64,000 nucleotides of DNA, taken from positions 1 to 64,000 of the forward strand of contig NIVC01003286.1 in the NCBI GenBank assembly GCA_002269645.1, in the 5' to 3' direction. Source of the stretch: Macrostomum lignano. Lineage: Eukaryota. Both the position numbers and the translations under genes were made by a program. Positions 1 to 11,400 of the stretch are shown here, in pieces. Each line of letters opens with the position of its first letter. The first letter of the stretch is position 1. The notes beneath the pieces were generated by a model. That model saw nothing but the letters and a program-made list of their open reading frames with translations, was not told the DNA's origin and did no database searches.

Positions 1-180
1 CTCTCATCTCCTCACCTTTCTCTCTCTCTCATTTCTCTCCTTTCTTTTCTCTCTCACCGATCTTCTTTCTTCTCTCTCTCTCACTTTCTCTCATCGCGTC
101 TCCCATCTCGCCTCTCTTCTGTAATCTCGCTTCTCCTCTTTATTCTTCTCTCTCCCCATTCCCTCACCTTTCACTCTCAC
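1..180. repeat. CT-rich low-complexity tract
   Basis: Almost pure pyrimidine sequence with degenerate (CT)n runs. Confidence 0.85.
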
Positions 181-792
181 CTGGGTGGGTCTTGGGGACG
201 AGTTTGGCCGGTTGTTCCGCCCCATTTGGAAGTGTCACTTCCATATGTAGAGTATTCCCTGCTTAGCGTAAAGAGGTGTATAAAATACACCATAAACCGC
301 CAACGAAAAAAAATCCGGAAATATTTTCCGGCAAGGAAACCTTAGAAGTTCTCATCTAAAGCAACCCGGCTGTCGCAAGAAACCAGTATTGTATAGAATT
401 ATCTAAAACCAAATGCCCAAGAAAACACTGCGTATGCTGTGGATTGACATAATCTGAAAACACAAACTTAAACACAGTTCGCACTGAAGACTGCAAAATC
501 AAAGCCCGAAATTCCGAAATGACATCCAGCACAAACAGAATTTCTTGCAGCAAGGCAGGTAAAAATGAGGCGCTGCATGGCGCAAAGGTTGCGAGTGACG
601 CATGCAGAACCTCGGGATTCCAGACACTGTCTGGCAGAGAGTGCATTTAGTCACGGGATTCTGGCCAACCGAATCCCAGCAGCTGAGGCAAACAGTCTGA
701 TGTAAATGGCAAACCGCGTTACGCGTCTGGAATGCGAAGTGCAGCCTGCAGTCACGTGAAATTTATGCCATGGGCAGGGAATGCTTCATCTG

Positions 793-800
793 TATATAAA
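793..800 (+). promoter_or_regulatory. Candidate TATA box, FReD gene copy 1
   Basis: TATATAAA ~75 nt upstream of ATG 873; same motif and context (TATATAAATGCAGCCATTTTACAG) at 21603-21610 and 42267-42274 upstream of copies 2 and 3. Confidence 0.6.
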
Positions 801-872
801 TGCAGCCATTTTACAGAATGCAGCTGCAATCCTCAGCTTACCGATACAACAACGAAAGGTGAACTTGACTCG

Positions 873-3800
873 ATGCAGCTCTTTCAGTTGCGAGTTTCTG
901 CAGCGTTGGCTCTGCTGCTCTGCTCGCTGGCAGCCGGCCGCCAGGTCTCCCAGTGCGCTCCCGCTGACTCTCCGCGGCTCCGCTTCGTGGCGCAGCTCAG
1001 CGTGAACGGCTGCGCGCTGTTCGTGCACGACACGGGCGAGCGAGCGACGGTCCGCACTTGGCAGTCGAGCCGCTCATGTGCGTGACGGACAGCCTGAGAG
1101 GCATTGTTCCCCGATTCGACTTCATCACACAGCAGCTGTACTTCAGCGTCCTGTATTGATGAAGGATTCTGGAATGCTCGCAGAGGCTCAGCGTCAACTA
1201 CGGCATCTGTCACCGAGGTCTGTGAGCTTCGCCACGGTGACCAACATCAGCGTCTCAGCCGACAGCCGCTCATCGGTTCGGGTTTTGGGCTTCCCGTGGA
1301 CTCCAAATGAGTCAGTAGCCACTCTGAGACTCGGCTTCGGAGAGAAGATCACATATGAAGCCCTAAATCTACGAGCAAGCATGCTGGGACTGGCGAATAT
1401 CGACCAATTGACCAAAGTTTTTCTGTTACCAAACACTCATATAAGCAGACGAAATAAAATTGAAAATTCAACAATCGAGACTCTAAAAAATGTAAAACTC
1501 TCAGCTACTCTTCTGTCGAATGGCTGTTTCCATGAGGTTCAGAGCCGCATCATGCTGCAAAACGACAGCTTCATCGAAGTCGGCTTGTACAGGAAAAAAT
1601 TCTTACCCGTGTGCCAACAGCTGCGGTTCAGTCGGTACGTCAAACTCGAGAACTGCTCTGTCCGAGTGCACCAGAGACTCGACATCAAGGGCCACTTCCT
1701 CATTGAGCCTCTGCTGTGCCACAACATCTCCAGCTTGAGCAGCGAGTCAGTCAGGTATGACTACAGCCGAGACATGCACTACCTGAAGCTGGATCTAGTG
1801 CTGCAAGATGAGGCCACACGCGATTCTGTGAGGACTCAGTTGGCCGACTTGTCGCCTCGCTCGGTCGACTTCATGCGGCTGTGGACTGCTGAGAGATCAG
1901 TGAGCTCTTCGTTGAGTGCTCGGTTTGAGGTCGGTCCGCTGATGGCGTCGACAGACTGGAGGTCCGCTCAGCTGCGGCTGCTCTGCGGAAACTGGACGGA
2001 GTGCCGCGATCTCAGGTTGGCTGACATTTTCTAAGACATGTGGCAGAAGGTCTGACAATTCGTTCACCGTAATCAAAAACTTTAGTGCTGCTTTTGAGCT
2101 GCTCTTTTCTGGACTGCTTCTTACAGCTTTAGGGAGACAAAAATACTTTTTTAGCATGAGTTTGGAAGCAGAGGATATTTGATTAGGTAAGTTTTAGCTG
2201 GCTCGAATTCCTGACGTAAATATCGCATAAGCACACATTGCACAGTTGTAAAGTTTATACGAGCGTAAAATAATTGAATGTCTGCGGCATCACTACATTC
2301 TAATATCATATACCAGGCATTATTGGCTTTAAAAACTTGCTCTGACTTTTCTGTTTCATTCCTTCGTAGCACAGTGCCGTTAAAAAAGTAATTGACGACT
2401 TCCAGGGCTGCTGTGCTGGCGGAGCCCGCTGACCTGTGGCGACACGTGCAGTGGCGGGTGACGTCGCTGGTTGCTGAGCAGTGCCTTTCCAAGTACAGCC
2501 AAATCACTTCATCATGGAGAATGAAAGCGCTTGTAAGCGAGAGCTGCTACAGTCTGAAGTCCTGCGCCAGGCTGCAATGCGCCTCTGCTCAACGCACAGC
2601 GAACTCTTCCAGTGCGGTTCAACTGCAGCCAGACGGTCGCTGCTTCGTGAAGATTCAGCAGCGACTTACTGGCAGAGTGAGTTTCCAACGAAACTGGACT
2701 GAGTACGAGACTGGGTTCGGTGACGGCACTGACTTCTGGATCGGTGAGCGGCAGTTTTGAGTCAACTAATGTTGTGTGACGAGAGAGGTAGCAGATTTTG
2801 TGAATCTTATATTGAAATGCTAGTTGACTCATAAGCTTTCAAATGACAAAAGATGAATTGAAAGGTTAGCTTCTCGGCTAATTAAAGGAATGTTAACTTT
2901 CAGTTGCGCCATGACTGCAATGCTCTACATTGACCTTTCCCGCCTTATTGGCGTTTCGGGCTCTCGGCTGGCTTCAGTGAGTCAGGAGGCTACTGTCATT
3001 ATTTTCAACGAGCTCACCAAAAGATATTGATGAGATTCTCTAGTCTCAGGAAGTTTGGGATAATTTGCTCTAGTCTGTCTTTTACACGGCCAGGACCCCT
3101 AATAGCAAAAATAGTGTGTTTCAGTTAGCAAAAAAGTTTATCCAGGAGTTGTCAATGAAAAGGATTTGGACTCTCCATCCAGACAACAAAATTTTCGAAA
3201 AATAGAAGTCCCAAAACTAATCTGACGCGAAAAGCAGTAGAAAGCAGTTTAGTCCATTACCAGCTGTTCGAACAAAAAACTTGGGCTTGCTGTGTTGGCC
3301 ATTACAGTGCATTTGCTGAAATGAAGCAGCACCAGCCAGAGCAGCAACAAACTTCATTGTGCATTCCCAAGTTCGGCACTGTAGCACTCCTAGACTCCTA
3401 GGCATTACCCTGGACCGTACGCTCAGCTTTAACGCGCACGTCAACGACATCTGCAGCAGAGTCCTGTCCCGCTGCCGCATGCTGTCCTGCCTCGCGGCTC
3501 GGGACTGGGGTTGGCGCAAGGAGCGCCTTCGCGGCGTCTACCTGGCTATGCAGCAGAGCCTTCTTAACTACGCGGCCCCGGCTTGGCAACCTTGGCTTTC
3601 CAGCTCCTCCTTCGAACGCCTTGAGCGCGCGCAAAACCAGGCCCTCAGAATCGTCACGGGCTTGCACCGCTCGGCGCCGCTTGACGCTGTGCACCTGGAG
3701 GCCGGCATCGGCAGCTACAGGAACACCAGCGACCGCCTTTGCCTCATCGCCAGGGAACGCGCGCTCAGGCTGCCCAACGACCATCCTCGCGCCATCGCCC

Positions 3801-5891
3801 TCTCGGGCACCGTGCAACACCGGCTCGCCCGCAGTAGCTGGAGACTCCGCTCGGCTCAGCTCGCCAATGGCCTTGGCATTGATCTCACGCCGCGTTTGCC
3901 GCTCACACCGGCCTTTCCATGCCCCTGGCTGGACCAACATCTCCCGGCGATCCTAGCTGACAATCCTTTGCCTCCGGCCACCACGCCCCGTTGGAGCGCT
4001 GTCTTGCCGCTCTTGACGTCATCCGGTCTCACCCGGCTGAGCTCGTCATATACTGCGACGGTTCGGCGGCCGGCGGCTCCGAGGCTGGCGGGGCGGCCGC
4101 TGTGGTCACCATCGGAGACCCGGCAGTCCCGACGAACGTAAAAGTCCGCACGGCCGCTGGCAGCCGCTACACCAGCTCCTTTGAAGAGGAACTCCGCGCT
4201 CTGGTCCTAGCGCTCGACTACCTCCGCTCGCATCCCACGCGCTCTGCCATCATCTGCTCTGACAGTCAGTCTCTTCTGCGCGCCCTTCAGCGTCCCTTCA
4301 GCCGCCTGGCCTCTTCTCTCCGCTTCCCGCACAACTGTCGCGCCCTCCTGTGGGTCCCGGGTCATGTCGGCATTCCGGGCAATGAACTCGCGGACCGCGC
4401 TGCTAACTCCGCTGCCGCCATCGCCGATGAAGCACCGCGCCCCAGCATCAGTTTTCCCACTGCCGCCTCGGTGATCCGCCGCACTCTGGCGGACAAGCCG
4501 GTCACCCACGCGAGATCTCGTCTCACCTACGCCTCCGCCGACGCCGACAAGGAACGTCGGCTTATTACTAACCGCAAAGACGCTCTCCTTCTTGCCCGGC
4601 TGCGCTCCGGCCACTCCAGCCTCTTCGGAGCCTTCCGCGCCCTCATGGACCCCACGGTGGATCCGACCTGCCAAAAGTGCTCCCTCGAACCAGACACCCT
4701 TGAGCACTGGATAGCGTGCCCTGCTCTCGAGGCCGCCCGCCGTCGCTTCATTGGAGCTCCGATCTCCCTCAGCAACTTGTCCGATTACCCTGATGGTTTG
4801 GTCGCGCTGGCCAGGTTCTGTATGGATCCTGGGCGCGTTTGGGTCATCTAACAACAACAACAACAAGAGCAGCAACAGTCATGGCTTCATCAGCCGACTC
4901 AGTTCTTCAGCTGCTCTTTGCAACTGACTGACTGTTAAATCATTTTTACATTTTTCATTTTCAGCTTTGAAGCTTAAATTATTTTTTCCGTCGTATTATA
5001 TATAGTATCGACTTTTTGAGACGATAAACACTGCTGTACTTCGTCTTCCGATGCGAAGATCTGCTTCCCACTGGTCAATCAACATCCCCATCCCCGCAAA
5101 AATCGGTGCATATAGAAAATTTTGCGTTTATTTCTATGCAGACCAGTAAGCTTGGTCATGCAGCCAATTCTTTAACTAAAAAGTTGCACTGTCTATGGTA
5201 TGTATAAGATGAATGGCCTCATGACAGCCTTCTGATATATGCATGAAGTGCATGTATTGCATAGTTTGTAAAAGTCTGACTTGCGTGAAAGTTTTTCAAA
5301 GAATTCCGCTTGCGTAAGCGGCTCAAAATGGATCATTTAACCTTGCAATAAGCCTATTTATCTTTAATATCTGCTTTATTAAAACGCGTATTTAGTTTTT
5401 TTACATTTTCGTTAACATATGAATTGCGACGAGCCGAGCAGAAGTGACTCAGACTCAGCCGCTCTCCTCCCGCAGGTCTCTCCGCCATCCACTCGCTCAG
5501 CCAGGGCGGCGCCACCCTCAGAGTGGAGATGAAGCTGTGGAGCGGCTCTGAGCTGCATGCGGAGTACGCAGGATTCCAGGTGGGAGACGCCAGCACTGGG
5601 TATCGGATGACGTACCGAGAGATGCTGAGCCACAGGTCCAGTGTCAGCTGGAATGCTCTGGAGCTCAGCAAAGACATGCGGTTCTCCACGATGGACAGGG
5701 ACAATGACATATGGGGTGCTTCGTGCTCAAGCCGTTATGGAAAAGGAGGCTGGTGGTTTAAAGACTGCCATCAATGCAACCCTAGCGGACGCTTTCCTAG
5801 GCGAGACACACCAGATTCCAGATATATGGTCTGGTACTCTGGCTCTTTCTGGCTGTCTCTTCGTGAAATGTGGCTGCTGCTGCAGATTTGA
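873..5891 (+). pseudogene. Secreted fibrinogen-related protein, copy 1 (frameshifted in exon 1; pseudogene or assembly error)
   Basis: Exons 873-2015, 2406-2743, 5476-5891 with GT-AG boundaries and matching phases (AG|G = Arg; G|GT = Gly, giving FWIG-LSAIH). Signal peptide MQLFQLRVSAALALLLCSLAAG; FReD motifs FQRNWTEYETGFG, FSTMDRDND, GGWWF. Relative to copies 2/3: extra CG at 1037-1038 and one T missing near 1149 (net +1), splitting exon 1 across ORFs 732..1085 and 1078..2034. Confidence 0.75.
3350..4865 (+). mobile_element. 5'-truncated non-LTR retrotransposon (I-group-like): RT C-terminus, RNase H, Cys/His motif
   Basis: ORF 3359..4141 (RLLGITLDRTLSF; YAAPAW) and ORF 3991..4851 (IYCDGS, SDSQS, WVPGHVGIPGNELAD, CQKC...EHWIACP); (CAA)n tail directly after the stop; 12-bp TSD AGAGCAGCAACA at 3338-3349 and 4866-4877. 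Lies in intron 2 of FReD copy 1. Confidence 0.9.
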
Positions 5892-6202
5892 GCAGCAAAA
5901 TTGAGCAACTAAACAACGCACTTTGCTTATTAAAATAAACCTTTCATCGAATCGGATTTTAACTAAAGTGTTTTTTTCAGCAATAACAAGCATGCCTTTG
6001 CAAATATGTAACTACAAAACAATGCAGTCTAAAATTTCACTGATTGCAAGAGTTTTAAAGTTAGTGACAGAAACTTTTAAATTTGCGAGGTTAAACTCAA
6101 TAAACCAAAGTTAATAGAGGCAAACTATTTTCAACAATAAACTAACAAGAAAAGGTTAGCAACTAATCTACCAATCTACTGCTCTAACTGTCCTGTGTTT
6201 TT

Positions 6203-6638
6203 TGTTCTATCAGTACTGTGCTGTCTGTTCTATCAGTATTGTGCTGTCTGTTCTATCAGTACTGTGCTGTGTGTTCTATCAGTATTGTGCTGTCTGTTCT
6301 ATCAGTATTGTGCTGTCTGTTCTATCAGTATTGTGCTGTCTGTTCTATCAGTATTGTGCTGTCTGTTCTATCAGTATTGTGCTGTCTGTTCTATCAGTAT
6401 TGTGCTGTCTGTTCTATCAGTATTGTGCTGTCTGTTCTATTAGTATTGTGCTGTCTGTTCTATCAGTATTGTGCTGTCTGTTCTATCAGTACTGTGCTGT
6501 GTGTTCTATCAGTATCGTGCTGTCTGTTCTATCAGTATTGTGCTGTCTGTTCTATCAGTATTGTGCTGTCTGTTCTATCAGTATTGTGCTGTCTGTTCTA
6601 TCAGTATCATGCTGTCTGTTCTATCAGTATTGTGCTGT
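6203..6638. repeat. 23-bp minisatellite (TATTGTGCTGTCTGTTCTATCAG)n, ~19 units
   Basis: Direct reading; same unit as arrays at 30003-31101 and 35527-35722. Confidence 0.95.
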
Positions 6639-6899
6639 TTTTTAGGTTTTTTCAGAGTTATGACATAATTTATGCAAGCAGACGCGCTCCATGGAACTTC
6701 ACTTACCTGTGGGTCATTTCGGAGCCGCACTGAGTTGTCTGAGTCGCAACGCAAGACGCATCGGGGGAGCAAAGTCTTCAGTTTAGAGTTCGCCTGCCAA
6801 GGCCTCATCAGGGCTGCTGAAAACACCGCTTCCATGACAGAAAGCCCAGCTCGCATTGCTGAGATTGACCCGAGTCCAGCACGCGCTGGTATTGCAAAT

Positions 6900-7945
6900 C
6901 TGACGACTGCTTGCTGGCATCCAACCGCAGAAACACAGGCGAGTTGACGTTTAACAGTTTCACACTTTCACACGCTGCTTCACGTTGGTGAATGATGCCT
7001 TGACAGCCACTCTGTAGTCAAACACGCGCTCCACTTTACGAAGTTCCTGCAGAGGCCGCCAATTTTCAGCAAAGTTGGGAAGAAGTCGCCTTCAGAGCTG
7101 CAAAATCCCCACACCGGTCGAGATCCTTCCTGCTTCTCATAGCTTCTACATCCTAAATCATCTGCACCAATCCCGGATCCGGCCTTATCCTCTCCTCATC
7201 GATGATGTGGCCCAGGAACTTCAAACTGCTGGCCTTTTTAATGCACTTCGCTTTGTTGATTTTCACATTAGCCTCTCTCAGTTTGTCCAGCATTTTCTCT
7301 CCGATATTCTAAAGCTCCGCCTTCGACACCGCTCCACGAGCACATCATCCTAATGTACGATGACACTTAGGTTGCTCACCCAGCAGCTTCTTCATCTCGC
7401 GCTAAAACACTGACGAAGACAACTTGATGCCGTACGGCAGCCTGTTAAAAGGGTAGCAGCCGAAAGGTGTGTTGACGGTGGTGATGTTCTTTGACTCATT
7501 TTCCAGCGGAACCTGCTAGTAAGCGTTAGACAAGTTCACTCGGCATAACAACATCATCTTGTTTGCCGTGTTTGAGAATGCTGTCTCGATTGACGGAATC
7601 AGATACGTCTGATCCTGCAACCACTTATTGATGGCAGCTTAGTCTCCGCAGATCCTCACGGAAATCTTTTCGGACTTCATCGTCACTGCTATTGGACTGT
7701 CCCACTTTTCAACAGGATCTCGCCAACTGCTCCCTTGATGACCAACAAGCTCTCGTAACTGTTGCTGCTGGAAAGCTGGCATCATCCGAATGGTGAGCAG
7801 GGAGCGAGCTGAGAAGATCTCAGCTGAGTAACCCAAGTTCTGCTCGTCTTAGATGACTGGCAGCTCCTCCGCCGCAACGAAGCGGCCATCAGAGCCAGTC
7901 TTCACCAGGCATTCCGGCATGACCGTCCTACACAAGCATCTGAGA
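6900..7945 (-). mobile_element. Degenerate Ty3/Gypsy pol fragment (RT to start of RNase H)
   Basis: Minus-strand translation with stops: PIAVTMKSEKISVRICGD, NLSNAY*QVPL, TVNTPFGCYPFNRLPYGI, LKFLGHII, FLRLDASK. Confidence 0.75.
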
Positions 7946-7951
7946 CTTTTG

Positions 7952-8444
7952 TTTATTTTATTTTAGTTTTTTGTATTTTAGTATAGTTTATTAGTTTAGT
8001 GTAGTATAGTATAGTATAGTATAGTTTAGTTTAGTTTAGTTTAGTTAAGTATAGTTTATTTTAGTTTAGTTTAGTTTAGTTTAGTATACTATAGTTTATT
8101 TTATTTTAGTAAGGTATAGTTTAGTTTAGTTTAGTTTAGCTTAGTTTAGTTTAGTTTAGTTTAGTTTAGTATAGTATAGTTTAGTTTAGTTTAGTTTATT
8201 TAAGCTAAGTATAGTTTATTTTAGTTTAGTTTAGTTTAGTTTAGTTTAGTTTAGTTTAGTATACTATAGTTTATTTTATTTTAGTAAGGTATAGTTTAGT
8301 TTAGTTTAGTTTAGTTTAGTTTAGTATAGTATAGTTTAGTTTAGTTTAGTTTAGCTTAGTTTAGTTTAGTTTAGTTTAGTATAGTATAGTATAGTATAGT
8401 TTAGTTTAGTTTAGTTTAGTTTAGTTTAGTTAAGTTTAGTATAG
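7952..8444. repeat. (TTTAG)n/(TATAG)n pentanucleotide microsatellite
   Basis: Direct reading; abuts the 3' end of the LINE at 8445. Confidence 0.95.
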
Positions 8445-11400
8445 TATTGACTTAAACTTGACTCAGCTGCAGGGCTTTCCCGGGGGGACACAGCGGGAAG
8501 GCGCGAGCGCCCATTCCGCTAATCCCTGAACGGCCGACGCGTCGCTATGGACGAAGGGTTGGCGCCGCCCAGGGAGGTCCCCCAGTGTCGCCAGCAGCTA
8601 TGGTGCTCTTTGGAAAGGAGAGTTCAGCCCTGCGGGTGGCCCGGAGGTAGCGCATGAGCTGGTTAAAGTTTTCGGGTTTGCACGCTTCAGTAATAGATGT
8701 GTGTGGCCCGAGGTAAGTGAGTCTGGCTCGCGTAAAGGCGGGACAGATGCTGACGAAATGCTCAGCGGTTTCGTCACCTGAGTTACAGAAACTGCAGATG
8801 GCGTTGGTGGCGTTGCCCTGCAGGTACTGGTGCCTAGAGAAGCAGCCGTGACCTGAGAGGGTCATGGTGGTAGCCTGCATGTCTCTGCGTGAGAGGCACA
8901 AGAGGAGCTTCCGGAGCTGGTGAGAGGGTTGAGGGACAGCGCCTCTGGATTGCCTGCAGTTCGTGCGGTTCGCCCAAGTCGAGCGGTGCTGAGTCCTGAT
9001 CCACGCTTTGATGCGCGAGTCGATGACACAGCCAGGAATCGGGACAAGGGGTTCGGGACCGAGAGAGGAGCCGGAGGCGCCAACTTTCGCAAGGGCGTCA
9101 GCCAACTCATTCCCTCGGATCCCCACATGCCCCGGAACCCACTTGAGGGTGATTTTGTTGGTGGAGCCCAACATGTTGAGGATTTTGATACAGTCGAGGA
9201 CTTTAGCAGAATTGGTGCTGCAGCCGCTGATGGCGTGCAAGGCAGCTTGGCTGTCCGAATGGAAAGTGATGTTATTACCGGTAACGCCAGTGGCGAGGAG
9301 CTCTGCGGTGCAGGAGCTGATGGCAAGAACTTCATTTTGGAAGACACTAGAGTTGACCCCAGTGTACTGAGCTTGGGCTGCGATAACCCTCCCGTTCAGG
9401 AAGATTCCAACACCAAAACCGGTGTTGTCTGACTGCTTAGAACCATCGGTGTAGCAGTGAAGCTCACCAGGGTTCCAGTGGTCATAGAGAGTATCTCGCG
9501 AGTCGATAGCTACGGAGTAGCGTTGTCTCAGGTTGAGCGTTGAGGCAATGCCATCGGTGAAGACCCGATTGGCCTGACACTCGTTGAGGATGTTGATGCA
9601 CAGGTCGCTATGCGGGACGAGGTTCCGCTTAGCAAGTGCCCTCATGTAAAGGAATTTGACACCGGCATAAAGTAAATGCCCGGTCGTTCTAGCCGCCTCA
9701 CCCCTGACGAAGAGGTCAAGAGGCGGTAGATTAAGGAAGGCCCCCATGCCGGCAAAAGGCGTGGACCTGGTGGCGTTGCAGATAAGCCTACACGCTCTGC
9801 CCTGGATCGTGTTGAGCAAATCTGCCTGGGTAGCGCTAACCCAGACAACCGAGGCGTACGTAATTGCAGGTCTAACTACGGAAGTGTAGATCCACCAAAG
9901 CCGTTTTGGGGATAGACCCCAAAAAGTGTCAAATGCTCGACGGAGCTGGGCCAGGATGGCTGAGGCACGCTTGGCTTTTGCTTTCACGTGGAAGGACCAG
10001 TTGAGCCGGTGGTCAAGTATGACCCCGAGACATCTGGTCTGGTGCGCGAAGGCAATATCTCTGCCGTAAAGCTGCAGAGGTCGTATGTTCCAGCGTATTC
10101 TGCTGGTGAACATAATGGCAACAGTTTTGGGCTCAAAGAGTTCCAGACCGTTGTTATTGGCCCAGGATTCTGCTGCGCGGATAAAGCTCTGCATCAGATC
10201 CCTGAGCGTGCTGGAGGACGGCCCAGCCACAATGGCAGTGACATCGTCAGCATACCCGACTTTGAAGACGGGATCAGGTCGGGAGTCACCCAGAAGAGCG
10301 TCCATGACCAGGTTCCAGAGCGTCGGGGTGAGGACTCCGCCTTGGGTCCACCCTTACAGACTCTGGCGGAGGCAGTTTGCCCAAGAAGTTGGGCAGTGAC
10401 CGTACGGTTAGAGATCATGTACATGATCCACCGTATGAGGGTAGCGTGAGCTTTGCGATTTTGAAGGTCCCTCTAAAACGCTTCAAAGATAACGTTGTCG
10501 AAGGCGCCAACAATGTCGAGAAAAAGAGCCAGGGCGTTACCGTCACCCAGTACCGCCCGTTCAATCTTCTCGACAATCGCATGCAGGGCGCTGTCAGTCG
10601 ACCTCCCGGTACGAAAGGCGTGCTGATGATTGCTGAGAGGCATTGCTGTCAGCTCGCAAGAAAGCAGCCGCCAGAGAATAAGCCTCTCAGTGAGCTTAAG
10701 CATTGCTGACGTTAAGCTAATTGGCCTAAAGGCCTTGACGCTCTGGTAGTCACCCTTCCCAGGTTTGGGAATAAAGACTACCCGAGCTTCAGTCCAGCAT
10801 TTGGGAACGTATCCCAGCTGGATAGAGGCCCGCATAAGATTGCGGGTGAGTCTCAGGAACGAGGGTATCTTGGCTGCTTCACGAAGGAGAACAGGGTAGA
10901 TACATGTACCATCAGGTCCAGGAGATTTGAAGGGTTTGAAGGTTCTGACCGCACGAGCGATTAGGTCTTCAGTGACAATGCCCGCCGCTAGGGTGGCTCC
11001 ATCCATTGAGTGGTTAGGTTCCGATCTAGCGGTGGGTACCCTCGGGAAGAATGTGCTGAGCATATGCTGAAGCACCTCTTCAGGGTCTTTAGTAAGAGAG
11101 CCATCATCTTTTTTGATCATGGCTAATTTGGACATTTTGTCCATTGTAAGGGCCTTTACAAGCCTAGAAGTAGGTCTGTCTTGATCCAATTCATTGCAGA
11201 ATTGGCGCCATTTACATTCCTTGGCCTTGCGCACTTCAGATTTGAAGTTGCGGGAGGCTTGCCGGAAAAGCTCCATGTCCTCCGGGTTTCCGGTCTTCAT
11301 GGCACGGCAATGAAGGCTTTTGGCCTTCCGCCTGAGTTTCCCCAGCTCCGGGTTCCACCACGGCGCCGAGGTCTTGCCTTTGTAGGCGCGAGCAGGACAA

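Noticed and set aside
600-790. kappaB-like motifs (GGGATTCC, GGGAATGC) and an E-box in the FReD upstream region
   Set aside because: Short and imperfect; conservation is explained by recent duplication of the whole region, and the E-box is lost in copy 2.
2016-2034. Exon-1 ORF as a stand-alone single-exon gene ending at the in-frame stop
   Set aside because: Paralog similarity collapses right after CTCAG|GTTGG, and a phase-compatible acceptor precedes exon 2 in all three copies, so splicing is the better model. A short isoform is not excluded.
4207-4875. Antisense and overlapping ORFs in GC-rich TE coding regions (also 3398-3940, 8920-9432, 12234-12872, 37287-38072)
   Set aside because: Expected shadow ORFs of GC-rich retroelement genes.
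6690-6900. Possible minus-strand exon ending in CAG|GTAAGT near 6707
   Set aside because: No recognisable protein, acceptor or partner exon.
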